Positions 1 to 12,600 of a stretch of DNA of 64,000 nt are shown piece by piece. The stretch comes from Octopus sinensis. Its lineage: Eukaryota. Within the stretch, counting starts at the first letter, position 1, and each line of letters starts with the position of its first letter. Both the position numbers and the translations under genes were made by a program. Below the pieces are notes generated by a model, which saw only the letters and a list, made by a program, of their open reading frames with translations, did no database searches and had not been told where the DNA came from. The stretch spans positions 17,670,001 through 17,734,000 of the forward strand of contig NC_042997.1 of assembly GCF_006345805.1 (NCBI RefSeq), written 5' to 3'.

Positions 1-99
1 TTTCTGACTCTTGTTTCAAGTTACCATCTATTAATCAGAGCCAGCAATCTTTACTTCCAACATTCTCAATTTACTGTATGAATTGGCAATGCAGTTCCA

Positions 100-134
100 T
101 TATTGTTGTTGTTATTGTTGTTGTTGTTATTATA

Positions 135-206
<72 letters not shown>
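100..206. repeat. (GTT)n/(ATT)n microsatellite
   Basis: Direct reading; explains the poly-Ile ORF 78..353. A second (ATT)n run lies at ~385-437. Confidence 0.97.
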
Positions 207-385
207 GCGCTAGTGCATGCTAATTTAGTTAGCAGTTATTTTATCTTGAGATATGGTGACAACAAGTTCCTAAAATCTCAACAACTTTTCTTAGGATTTT
301 TGCAGAATATAGGAGGGTCTTCTTTTGCAGGTTTTCCTTCTAATTTCTTTTAGTCTTTTAGGTAGCATTTAAGAAACTGGAATTA

Positions 386-438
<53 letters not shown>

Positions 439-619
439 TTTATCATAGAATTGTGTTAACATCATTATTTATCAAACACATAATGAAATTTCCCTCCTTC
501 ATCCTTTTGAAGGTGATAGAATGAAGTACCAGTCAGATGCTTGGATTGATATATTTGCCCGTACTGTTCCATCTGAATATGTTCTCTTGTGCCTCTGTTA
601 AGAATCCTTATTAGTATAA

Positions 620-810
620 TAGATGGTAGAAAAGGTAGATCATAAAAAAATGCCCCGTGGTATTAAGTTTCTTCTGTTTCCATCTTAAGTTCAAATCCCA
701 TTGTGATAAGCTTTGCTTTTCATCCTTCCAGTTTCAATAAAAACACAAGTTGTTCTCTCAGTATTCATTTGACTACATCTCTTCCAAAGTTTGTGGCCTT
801 GTGCCAACGT
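620..810 (+). mobile_element. Degenerate tRNA-derived SINE (family of 56312-56516)
   Basis: agttcaaatcc B-box-like motif, then ctttgcttttcatcctt and ggccttgtgcc, as in the reverse complement of the copy at 56312. Confidence 0.45.
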
Positions 811-1427
811 GTGAAATCCTTGTTTATTTTTATTACTATTGTTGTAGATGTTAGTGTTGTTCTTGATATTGATATCTTGTTATTTCTTCCATTCAAGCTT
901 AATACCTATTGATAGAAAAGATAAAAAAAAAGCCTTTGGATTTCAAAGTTGTATGTTGAAGTAAATTAATGAGAACCTCTCTCAAGTGCTTCAAAGCATC
1001 ACATTTCATTTGTTGTGAAGTGTTTCAGTTCAAATAGAAACAGTGAAAGTATTGCCTTCAGTTATCATTTAAACAGGTTTTCTTCAATAAACTTACAATT
1101 ATTGGATAGAAGAGAGATAAATTAAGTGTTTGGCTCACTTCCCATCAGATGTAGTTTCTATTTACTGTATGTGACACATCTGTTATTAACATCCAATTAT
1201 GGTGACAAAAACACTATGTCTTCACTTACAAAGGTTTTTCTATGTTATTATTACACACTCACATACAACTGTAAGTATGTCTCTTAATAGAGCTTTCTTC
1301 AAAATAATCATTACAACTGTTTACATTTTATTTTTATATTTTACTTTTTTATTTCTATTCTTTTACTTTCACAAACATTTTATAGACCCATTGAATTTCA
1401 TATTGTCCCACTTTCCTCCACCTTGCT

Positions 1428-1638
1428 TATACATATATATATATATATATATTTACATATATACATATAGATATATTTACATATATACACACACATATAT
1501 ATATATATATACATATATATATTTACATATATTCATACACACACATATATATATATATACATATATGTATGTATATATATATGTATATATGTATGCATGT
1601 ATACATACATACATATATATATATATCTGTATCATATC

Positions 1639-1680
<42 letters not shown>

Positions 1681-1724
1681 TGTATATATTTATATATATA
1701 TATATATAATATATATATACATAT

Positions 1725-1768
<44 letters not shown>

Positions 1769-1800
1769 GTATATATATATATGTACATATATTTGTATAT
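1428..1800. repeat. Compound (TA)n/(TACA)n microsatellite
   Basis: Direct reading; source of the YIYI-type ORFs. Confidence 0.97.
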
Positions 1801-2319
1801 ATTAAAAATAATATCTTATAAGTGATATCATTATTTTTAGATTAAGATTTTGAAATAGAAAGAAAAAAGAAGAAATAATGGAAAGTTAATGGTATAGTTT
1901 CTATTATTATTAATGATAATCTGATGACAAGGGAAAGCATTTTCAATGATATAGTGGTAATAATAGTTATTAAATTTCAGTCCTACCTGCATAGAGAAAG
2001 ACAAAACAAATGTGAAAAAAGGCTTAACACAGACACATTTATTTTTCATTATCAAAATAATTTTATAGACTTTGCATTATAATATGATATAAAGAGAAAT
2101 ATCTGAAAGATATGGGGGATGATAATTTTTCTAAAAGTGATCTTAATATTCTTTCATTCTTTTATTCTTTTACTATTTATATATTTGTATAGATACATAA
2201 ATACATACATACGTATATATGTATATATATATGTATATATGTTATGCATATATATATATATTATATATATATATATATATAAAACTTACTTGGAAAAGAT
2301 ACGTGGTGTTCGATCATAT

Positions 2320-2850
2320 AATAATATAAATAATATATAAATATATTCATATATACATACATATATGTACATACCTACATATATATATATGTATATATAC
2401 ATGCATATATGGGTACAGGACATCGAAAAAACGTTGAACACAATGCGAAACGAAAACATAAAAACAAAAACAGAAATGATCTTTTTTGGGAACAACGGAA
2501 AAAACAAACATAGAAACGAAACATGTAACAAAGAATATTCTCCTTCTTCAGTTCTCCCTGTTTCATCTACTCTGCATTTTGAATGAAAATGCAGAGTAGA
2601 TGAAACAGGGACAACTGAAGAAGGGGAATATTCTTTATGCTGCATGTCTTGTTTCTCTGTTTATTTTTTTCATTGTTCCAAAAAAGTTTGTTTCCATGTT
2701 TTTGTTTTTATGTTTTCGTTTCTCATTGTGTTCAACGATTTTTTGATGTCCTGTACCCATATATACATGTATATATAAATATATATATATGTAGGTATGT
2801 ACATATATGTATGTATATATGCATATATTTATATATCATTTATATTATAT
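2320..2850. mobile_element. Foldback element: ~260-bp imperfect inverted arms around a 5-nt loop
   Basis: catctactctgcatttt-GAATG(2581-2585)-aaaatgcagagtagatg at the centre; atatgggtacaggacatc (~2407) is mirrored by gatgtcctgtacccatat (~2746). Confidence 0.9.
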
Positions 2851-2904
2851 ATTTATATATATGTATATATACATACATTATGCATATGTATATATATATG
2901 TGTG

Positions 2905-2943
<39 letters not shown>

Positions 2944-3717
2944 ACATGTAGATGATAAAGTTTCTATACATATTTAACCTTGGTTCCCTAGCATAGTGCA
3001 AATACACAAATGAATTTGCACACATGAAAATGCACCCTGTCTTTTGTTTGCAAAAGTCCTTGTGTTATTTCTACTGCTTGTGAAAGCTTAACAATGATGG
3101 CACACTAGTTGACTCTTTGCTTCGTTATCCTCACTGCATCCTCACCACATTAGTTGATTGTAAGATTGTATTGAGTGAACATTTCTAGCCTTTTTGACAA
3201 GATGATGTACTCAAAAGTGAAAAGAGTGGAGATTGTCGAAATCATCATCGTCATCGTTTAACGTCCGTTTTCCATGATGGCATGGGTTGGACAGTTCGTC
3301 CAGGGTCTGTGTAGCCAAGAGGCTGCACCAGGCTCCAATCTGAGCTGGCAGTATTTCTACAGCCGGATGCCCTTCCTAACACCAACCACTCCATGAGTGT
3401 AGTGGGTGCTTTTTACGTGCCGGTGGCACAGAGGCCAGAGAGGCTGGCAAACGGCCACAATCAGTTGGTACTTTTTACATGCCACCGGCATGGAAACCAT
3501 TCAAGGTGGCACTAGCATCAGGCATGTTCTGATGGTGCTTTTTACGTGCCACTGGCATGGGCATCACAACTACAATTTCCGTTTGATTTTCATTTCGATG
3601 TTGATTTACTTGACTCAATAGGTCTCCTCAAGCACAGCAGGTCGCCTTACAATCTAAGGTACTTTTGAATGGGCTGGGGCTGGTTATGCTAAACTGGTGT
3701 AGGATACAGCCATGAAC

Positions 3718-5890
3718 TCACTTTATTTGCTGGGTCTTCACATTCAAAGCGTATCTCCAGAGGTCTCTGTCTTTCATCATTGCCTCTGTGAGGCCCAGCA
3801 TTCAAAGGTCATGCTTCACCACATCATCCCATGTCTTCCTGGGTCTACATCTACCCTAGATTCCTTCAACTGTTTGGGAGTGGCACTTCTTCACACGTCT
3901 TCCCTCATCCATCCATAGTACATGACCATACCAGCGCAAATGTCTCTCTTGCATGCCACATCCTCTGCTTCTTATGTTCAACATTTTTCTCAGGGTGCTT
4001 ACACTCTCTCGTGCGTGCACACTGATATTACACATCCAGCGGATCATGCTAACTTAATTTCTTTTGAGCCTATGCATGTCCTCTGCAGTCATAGCCCATG
4101 TTTCACTACCGTGAAGCATGGCAGTTCGCACACATGCATTTACCTTTCACTTTGAGCGAGAGGCCCCTTGACACCAGTAGGGGTAAAAGCTTTCTGAACT
4201 TTGACCAGGCTATTCTTATTCTAGTGGTAACACTCTCTGAGCATCCATCCCTACTACTAACTTGGTCACCTAGGTAGTGGAAGCCATCAACTACTTCTAG
4301 TTTCTCCCCCTGGAGTGTGATGGAATCTGTTTTCTGAGTATCTGTGCTGTTTATTGCCTCTGTGGATCTGCCGCCCATGAAAGCTATCTTCTCAGTTAAT
4401 CTTCCTTTGATGTTGCTGCACCTCTTATGTGTCCATAGCTTACACTGGGTATATCTTATGGAGTTTCTAACTCCACCTTTTCTACAGATTCAGCAGGGAC
4501 ACCTACCTGAGGAGGTGTGTGATGTGTTCACGTTCCTACTTACTAGAACTTTGGTATTTGCTACATTGACTCCAAGGCCTTTTGATTCTAGCCTTTGCTT
4601 CCACACCTGAAATTTCTTTTCTCATTCTGGTAGTGATTCTGCTATGAGGGCCAGGTCATCAGCATAGAGGAGCTCCCAGGGGCAACACATCTTGAATTCC
4701 TCTGTTATTGCCTGGAGGAATATGATGAATAAAAGGCGACTGAGGGCTGAACCTTGGTGGACCCCTACATCTACTTGGAATTCTTCACTATACTCATTGC
4801 CAATCCTAACCTTACCAACAGCCTCTCTATATAGGGCCTGTACAGCCGTTATTAGCCATTCGTCAATCCACAGTTTCTGCATTGCCCACCAGATAAGGGA
4901 TCGCGTGACCCTGTCAAAGGCTTTCTCCAAGTATAGGGATTTATCTTCAGCTAAGTATTTCTCCTGCAGTTGTCGAACCAGGAATATGGCATCAGTGGTG
5001 CTTCTACCTGGCACAAAACTGAACTGCATTTCATCTAAGCAGACTCTCTCCCTAATGAGATGGGCTATGACCCTCTCTGTGACCTCCATCACCTGATCCA
5101 GCAGTTTGATACCCTGTAGTTATTTCTATCTAGAGCATCACCTTTACCCCTGTAGCAGTTGACTATGGTGCTGCTATACCAGTCATTGGGTATGACTCCA
5201 TCATGGTTTACAATGCAGGTAACTAGTTTTAAGCATCTCAGCAGTGATTCCTGATGGGCTGGGTCAACATCTGGCAGGCTCTCCTCTTCCCATTCATTCT
5301 CCACATTCAGCAGTATTTCATAATGGCTTCTCCAAACCTCTTTCTTTTTCAAATGATTAAAAGCAACCACGTGGACACATTTCTCTCCTGTGACATCACA
5401 ATTTTCTCTCACACACTGTCTTGCAATCCTGAACATTGGCAAACTTCTTCTTTTCTGTTTCGCCCTTGGCTGTGTATACTTGCCACCCAGCCTCTTGTTT
5501 TTGAGGTAGCCTGCAGAAGGGTATCATAAAAATGGTCCTTCTGATCATTTGGTAGGCCTGCTTGTGGGGCGTAGGCAGAGATAATTGTAGATGTGCTGTT
5601 CTGCAGGACTAGCCTAAGCTTAAGCAACTCTATCACATACCCTGACAACCTCTGTGACTTTATCTACCCATTTCTCTGCAAGGAGTATGCCTAAACCCCC
5701 ACTCCATCAGTGTTATCTTGCCAGAAGATTTTGTACCTATGTGCCTTGCCTGTGAGGACTCTAGTTGAAGCTCCTCTCCATCTTACCTTTTGTATGCAAC
5801 ATACATTGACATGTCTCCTTTCAAGCATCTCTACAATCTCACTAGACCTACCTTTCAGTATGCCTACATTGACTGTACCACCTCTGAAAA
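3718..5890 (-). pseudogene. RTE ORF remnant (APE endonuclease + reverse transcriptase), with stops and frameshifts
   Basis: GTVNVGILKGRSSEIVEMLERRHVNVCCIQKVRW and IISAYAPQAG (APE); QFSFVPGRSTTDAIF, LEKAFDRV, GVHQGSALS, LLYADDL (RT); LEVVDGFHYLG and LRWYGHVLWMD (RTE C-terminus). Confidence 0.93.
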
Positions 5891-6099
5891 CTAGGAATGG
5901 AATGTGGGGTGAGGCTTGGGAAGGAGAGATGTTATTTAGTGCCTGAAAAGAAGAGGGAGGTTGTCGTGTTCATTTTTTAGGCATGCTTCATCTGTTCTCA
6001 CTTCCAACCTGACATCATTCAAACATTCAAGTGTGTTAGGATTAAGATCGTAGCCCCTACTAGAGGTAGGATTAGGTGTTTTAGGTGTTAGCGGCATTG

Positions 6100-6262
6100 T
6101 GAGTATAAGCATCATGGTCATCGTAAGGGGGGTGGGGGTGTAGGGTGATTTCAGACAGAGAGGAACGAAGTTCATCCATTATGAGTATAAGCATTATGAT
6201 CATCGTAAGGGGGCTGGGGGTGATTTCAGACAGAGAGACACAGAGGAAGCAAGTTCATCCAT
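6100..6262. repeat. Tandem duplication, ~80-bp unit x2, in the LINE 5' region
   Basis: gagtataagcat..catcgtaagggg..gtgatttcagacagaga..aagttcatccat occurs twice in succession. Confidence 0.85.
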
Positions 6263-7029
6263 ACATACACACAATCATGCACACACATAGACACAGGTGA
6301 TCAAGCACACACATAAAGCCCATTAGCTGTCATCTTCAATTGATATGTGCATGGAAAATTACTGGGTAGTTGGAATATTTCTAGACAGGATGAAACAAAT
6401 CGAAGGATAGTCGGTTAAGTAGATGGGCATCTAACCTAGTTGCATTTTGGGGGGAGAAAGTGGGGGTGCAGGTAGTACAGAGAACAGCACCAGAGAGGAA
6501 GGGGGATTGAGAGAAGAGACATCTGGTAATGGTGGTGAGAAATTGCAAGACAGAATGAAACGAAATGAAGGGCAAATGAATTAGTTGCATATGTCCCAGG
6601 AGAGACAGAGAGAGAGGAAGAGTGCAGGTAATATATAGATAACAGCCCAGTGAGGAGAAGCAGTGGAGAGAAGAGACATCAGGTAATGGTGATGGGAGGA
6701 GAGAGAGATATCTGGTGTAGATGGTGAGAAGACAGAGATATAGATCAAGGTAAAGATCGAGATATCCGGTATTGGTGGTGGGGGTGGGACAGTGTGGATG
6801 CACCGCGACAAACGAGTTTAATTTGGGGAAATGGTATGAGGATCTAATGAAAGGAGCAGGACTGTTTAGTATAGTATACATTCATAGTGTTCATGGCAGA
6901 TGAGAAATTAAACTAGAGAAACGAGGAATATGAAATTAAACAGGCCAAGAGATGAGTAATTATCTTAATTTAATTAGTTAGCTTCTGAGAAAATTAGCCG
7001 TTAGTAAACAGTACATTTAAATAGTAATT

Positions 7030-7418
7030 TATGTGAGTATGGGTTATGTTAAACAAACATGTGAAATTTTTAAAGTCAAGTTTCCAGGTAAAGGCTTACC
7101 AACAAAGAATTATACAAATGTTGGTTAAGAAGTGGTGCACTATGGGGTCAGTGTACAATACCCCAAAATGAAGGGACCCTACAGTTTGAATACTGGAAAT
7201 TATTCAGGACATTTGCCAAAGGATTACTCAAACTCCAAAGAGTCAACTTGGAAATTGGTGCAACAGTCTCACATAAACAGGGGGTTATGCCAATGGATGT
7301 TGAAAGTCTAAAGTTGAAGTCATATCATTTCACATGTCAAGAGCAAACGAGTAAATTTATTTCTGTATTTACACTATGCTATGGAGCTTGGGCCACTTTT
7401 TTGTGTACCACACTGTAG
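7030..7418 (+). mobile_element. Tc1-like DNA transposon remnant (N-terminal HTH region plus right TIR)
   Basis: Aligns by eye to the reverse complement of 30580-30905 (atacaaatgttggttaagaa, ctatggggtcagtg, cctacagtttgaa); ends gggccacttttttgtgtaccacactgTA. Confidence 0.65.
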
Positions 7419-7469
7419 ATAGATAGATAGATAGATAGATCGATCAATAGATAGATAGATAGATAGATG

Positions 7470-7514
<45 letters not shown>

Positions 7515-7519
7515 GTAAG

Positions 7520-7586
<67 letters not shown>

Positions 7587-7607
7587 GTAGATAGATAGGT
7601 AGATAGG

Positions 7608-7661
<54 letters not shown>
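7417..7661. repeat. (AGAT)n microsatellite
   Basis: Direct reading. Confidence 0.98.
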
Positions 7662-7903
7662 TGGGGTAGCTGACAAATGGATAACTAATTGTGGTTGTCA
7701 GGATGTGTGACTGGATAATTAAGATGAGACTAGTTATAGGGAACCCATCAGTGACATTCATCTCTACATCTTACTGGTAGGTTTGACAGTAGAACAGAAA
7801 GCCTTCTGAAAACTACCTGAACAACGATTGACAATGACTTCATTATGGTTGGCATCTGTGGCATATGTGGAGGCTATGGATGTGACTCAAAAAAAAAATG
7901 GAG

Positions 7904-8170
7904 TTCTTATTTACATTATTTACAATTGATGGATATTTGTCCTCATCTTGTTTGTTGTTAGCACAATGTTTCGGCTGATATACCCTCCAGCTTTCATCAA
8001 GTGTCTTGGAGAAATTTTGAACCTGGGTTCTCATTCCTAAGGTATTTTTCGATGTTGTTGTTGTTGTTATTATTATTATTATTAATATTATTATTCAGGT
8101 CACTGCCTGGAATCAAACTCGGAATCTTGGGGTTAGTAGCCCGCGCTCTTAACCACTATGCCATATGCCC
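7904..8170 (-). mobile_element. Candidate SINE: tRNA-like head + (AAT/AAC)n + hammerhead-like tail
   Basis: Minus strand: ggcatatggcatagtggttaagagc (A box) ... gagtttgattcc (B box), then a microsatellite, then cac-TTGATGA-aagctg..cagcc-GAAA-ca-TT-gtg. Confidence 0.7.
7961..8005 (-). ncRNA. Degenerate minimal type-I hammerhead ribozyme motif
   Basis: Core UUGAUGA (C3>U) and GAAA; stem II gcug/cagc; stem I cac/gug. Confidence 0.55.
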
Positions 8171-8275
8171 ATGGTTAGCTGAAGGAAGAGCATCTAGCAG
8201 TAAATACCAAGTCAGAATTTTGTGACAAATCTATGATTTAGATTGTGGCAACTTGCCAACTCAAGCTAGCATAAA

Positions 8276-8341
<66 letters not shown>

Positions 8342-8370
8342 GTGGTGGTGGCAGTGGTGGTAGTGGTGGT
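8276..8370. repeat. (GAT)n-(GGT)n microsatellite
   Basis: Direct reading. Confidence 0.95.
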
Positions 8371-9580
8371 TTTGTGTGTGTTGCAAACAATGTCATGGAA
8401 ACTGAAAACAGATAAAAATACTTTGTGAGTGGTATAGATACTGAAAATTCCTTGTCTCTCATAGCATTAAAAATATCATCATACAGTTAACAATCTATTA
8501 GAAACCTGGAACCAATGCTACAATTACTTATATAATGTAGTCATTATCAACCAACATTATCCTTCATTTGACATCTACTTTTCTATGCTTGCATGGGTTG
8601 GATGAAATTCATTAAAGTAGATTTTCTCTGCCTAGATACCCTTCCAGTTTTCAACCTTATCTGTTTCCAAGCAAAGCAATATTTCCCAGTGGCCAGACAA
8701 ATTTTTGCAGAGAATTGCTGAGGAAAGACACTGCTTATATGACAATGACACTTGTTTACAACGATTATGCATTGTCAAGACTAGGAAACAAAATCCCCTC
8801 CACTCACACACACACACACTACTAACCACTCAGAATACTTAAGTTAGCCTAGGGTTATAGTAAAATACTCTTACCCAAGGTACTATACATTGAGACTGAA
8901 CCTGAAACTATGTAGTTTGGAAATAAACTTCTTTACCACACAGCCATGTCTAAAAATAAGCCTCAGTTTATCCCCCACTCCCTGCACTCATACACACACA
9001 TGCTACTTAAAGAGGGATGAGATCTGCCAAGGTGAATGATCCTAGAACAGTGACTGTCAACCAGGGATAGATTTAACTCCTATGATAAATATATAATACC
9101 TGATCATACCATATATATAATCTGCAAAATTTATCAAAAAATATTTTAAAAAAATTGATGATCCTTTTTTTGCAAAATGTATATGTATATTATATCTTGG
9201 TTGTGGCGAGTATAAAGAAACCATAACAATTTGTGATGCTTGCTATATATAATATTTTTACTTCGAAGTAATAGGTTAAATGGTGAAATGCATCAATATG
9301 AAGAGGCACATGATAGAAGAAGGGTTGAGAATCACTATGCTAGATATATTGCAGGAAAATGAAGAATTCAAGTGCTGTGCCTACAACCCACTGGATTATC
9401 AGATTTTCTCACTCACTACAGTTAAATTGATATTTGTACCCCCGTTAAATTGATGCTTATACTTCAGCTAAGATATTATTTATATTGCAGTTTAAGCATA
9501 GATCATTTCTTCATTTAAAATTTTTACCTATGAATTATTTCATTTCATTTACTTTCAAAGATAAATCTCTTTATGGGGAA

Positions 9581-9586
<6 letters not shown>

Positions 9587-9616
<30 letters not shown>

Positions 9617-9655
9617 TGTATGTATGTATGTATGTATGTATGTATGTATGTATGT
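9587..9655. repeat. (TATG)n microsatellite
   Basis: Direct reading. Confidence 0.95.
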
Positions 9656-12600
9656 ACGTATACATATATATACATATATGTGTGAGTGTGTGTGTATATA
9701 AGATATATATACATATATATGTATATGTATATTCCAAAACCATTTTGACTTCCATATTATCTGAACTATATACTACAGTTTAACCAAAGACATTATCAGA
9801 TTAAAGTTACTTACACAACAAATTGCTATTTTAGAAATTTTCTAAACCCAACTTTAACGTTTTCAGTTATTTTTCAATGTCAGGTGATTCAGGATGCTGC
9901 ATTAATCATTATATTTTCTTTGTTTTTTTTTTTGCACTTCTTTAATTTTATTTATTTTTGAGCCTTCACCCTCTCTCATTGAAAATGGTTTTCATCATAT
10001 TTTAAATATAAATGTTTAGCAGCTAAAAACCAAAAAAAAAAAAAAAAAAGAATAGGAAAATAATACAATAAAAGTTTACAAATATGATTCTAATTTCCAA
10101 AGCCTAAAATATGGCTTTGATAGGAAAAGCACATTGAAATAAATATTAACTGCTCCACTTTGGTTTTCCTCTGTAAAAAGTCATAAAATATGTTTTATGT
10201 GTAGATAGATCTAAATTTTATCTGCCAGAAATCAAACCAGAAAGAGAAACAAAATTATTTTGCATTTTATTTTTTTCACAAAAGGCATTAAAAATTTGTA
10301 ATGAACATTTTTAGTGGGAACCTGTTTTACTTTGGAATTCTCTTTCTATAGAAGAAGGTATAATTTAAATTGTGATAATGTTGAGTGGATTTATATGAGT
10401 TATCATATGTGTGTGTTTACGTGAATGCGTTTGTGTCTCTATTTCGGTATGGCTGCTACTGAGTAATGTCATAGGTGAGAATATATACGTGTACATATGT
10501 GGTTTGTGTACGTAAGAATATGCCAGTGTAGGTAGGTAATTGTCTGTGTAATTTGTTTGCATGTTTATACATACATATCTCTTATTTATTTATATATGCT
10601 GGTACATGTCTTATGTTGCAGAACCAATGAATGAGCCAAGCAGCTACTAGTGGTTGCATAGAAATCAGATTTCATATTTAAAACAAAATAGAACACACCT
10701 ACATCAAAACTCTCACAAAAATTCCCCACTCATATGTGCAGGCACATTTGTTTTTATTCTTTTGGCAAATTGATGTGTAAGTGCTCAATAAATAGAAAAA
10801 CCCAGTGTGGTAATGTTAAGAACACATACACATAAATAAATGGTGAAGGTTCTTTACATAAACATTATTAAATGGTAAACTTTACTGCTGTATATATATT
10901 GAAACTTACATCAACATAAAATGTAACTACATGAAGACTATAATTCATGTCACATTCCTTGTTATATGAAACTTACATTATTGCAATTAAAACTTAAAAA
11001 CTTAATTATAGAGAAGTTATATGTTGAGTGGTTTCATTTTTTTTTTCTGGTTAGGATGGAATTGGTCTCAGAGTAGTAGCTGGGCCCATGCCTTTTGTAA
11101 ACCATTTAAGACTATAGATATTTACTTGGATAATGTACCTCTTGAAAAAGTGTAAGTTGACAGTTGCAGGAAAACATAAAAACAGGAGAGAATCTCATGT
11201 AGTTAATCTAATGAGGAGGAAGAATTAGGTGAAACAATTCTTGTTGAAATATAATATGACCAGTTCAGTGCTGATGGAATGTAGTTTTAACAGTTTTCAT
11301 CCATACTAGATAATGTTTATGCACACAATGTTGTCTTGAATTTTGACTTACTTGTAAATTAATCTAGTAAACAAATATAGATTGAAATATATTTTCTGCC
11401 CATATTTAATTAATCAGTCCATTAGCAGATGGTTGAGTAAATATTCATCAATGTGATGCAGTTGAGATAAATGGGATCAAATTCATCTTCTGACCATATC
11501 TGCTGAAAGAGCTGAACACAGCACTAGAAGCTTATGAACAGCTTATCAATTTACATTACTTCTGTAATAGGCAATATAGTTTTCAGCTGGATATCTATTT
11601 TCCATTGTCTAGGCCATATGAGAGCGAAATGTTTCAATTCTAGACAAACTGCTGTATCAATGACAGACAATAAACCATTAACCTTATTGTTGATTATCCA
11701 GTACTCTCTATCAGTATAGACACAAACATTTTTATATTGAATATATTATGTGAACATTGACATGGTAGGTTGTATATAGGAAAAACAAATGTGAGTACCA
11801 GATGGGATTTAATTCGGCACTTCACAACTGGTAACCTAGAAATGTATTTCATAGATTGTTCTCAATATATTAATTTTAGGTACCATATAGAAAGTATTTT
11901 TATGGTGCAATAATACCATTAGAAGTAGAATATATTTCAGAGATTTACAGTCAAAGGATTCCATAATTGGTATGAATCAATTCTATTCTCATATAAACAT
12001 CATGATAATGCCATTTTTTTCTGCTAAAAAGTAAGCAATTACTTTCACTGCCACCAAACTAGCAAACTAGCTGATACAATGTTGCTATTGTTGATTGTAT
12101 CATCTATGAATAAATGTTTTTGTCAGTTTTCAATTAAATAAACTACAAAGTTAAATTTGTGGGTGTAAACTGTATTGTCTGAGCATCATGAATCTAGTTC
12201 TCTTTTTTAATACAAATAATTCAGTACAGGTAATGTAGTTGTCCTATCAGACATTACTGAATGCACAAAAAGGGGTCCTGTCAAATTAATCTGTAATACT
12301 ATCATTCATAAATGTTTTACCAGTGTACAAATTAACAACACATCTCACCCATTATCACATGAGGTTTAAAGATAATTTTATAGCCAACTCAAATAATGGA
12401 TGATAGGTTGACTCATTACTATTTAGTAGTCTAGTATTACACTGAAATTTGATTTTCACTACCACTGCAAACCTTAAGAATATGAATGATAATTAACACC
12501 ATGAATGATTATCATTTTAAATACAGATCATATATAAGGCATTGAACACAACTTACCCTAGAAAAAAACAAAAACAAAAAAAAAAAACAAAACAATATTC

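Larger units (their letters stand above)
3241..6900 (-). mobile_element. Decayed RTE-clade LINE with internal deletion
   Basis: 3' end ccaacccatg...ggacgttaaacgatgacgatgatgat at ~3241-3290; APE and RT motifs inside; pyrimidine-rich (sense strand) 5' region extends to roughly 6900, boundary uncertain. Confidence 0.9.

Noticed and set aside
1918-1945. CTGATGA-caagg-GAAA
   Set aside because: No stem II is possible; likely a chance match.
78-2951. Long ORFs rich in I/Y/V/C/H/T (here and throughout the window)
   Set aside because: They are translations of stop-poor microsatellites, not genes.
8097-8170. Functional tRNA gene
   Set aside because: Acceptor and anticodon stems pair poorly and it is fused to a repeat tail; treated as a SINE head.
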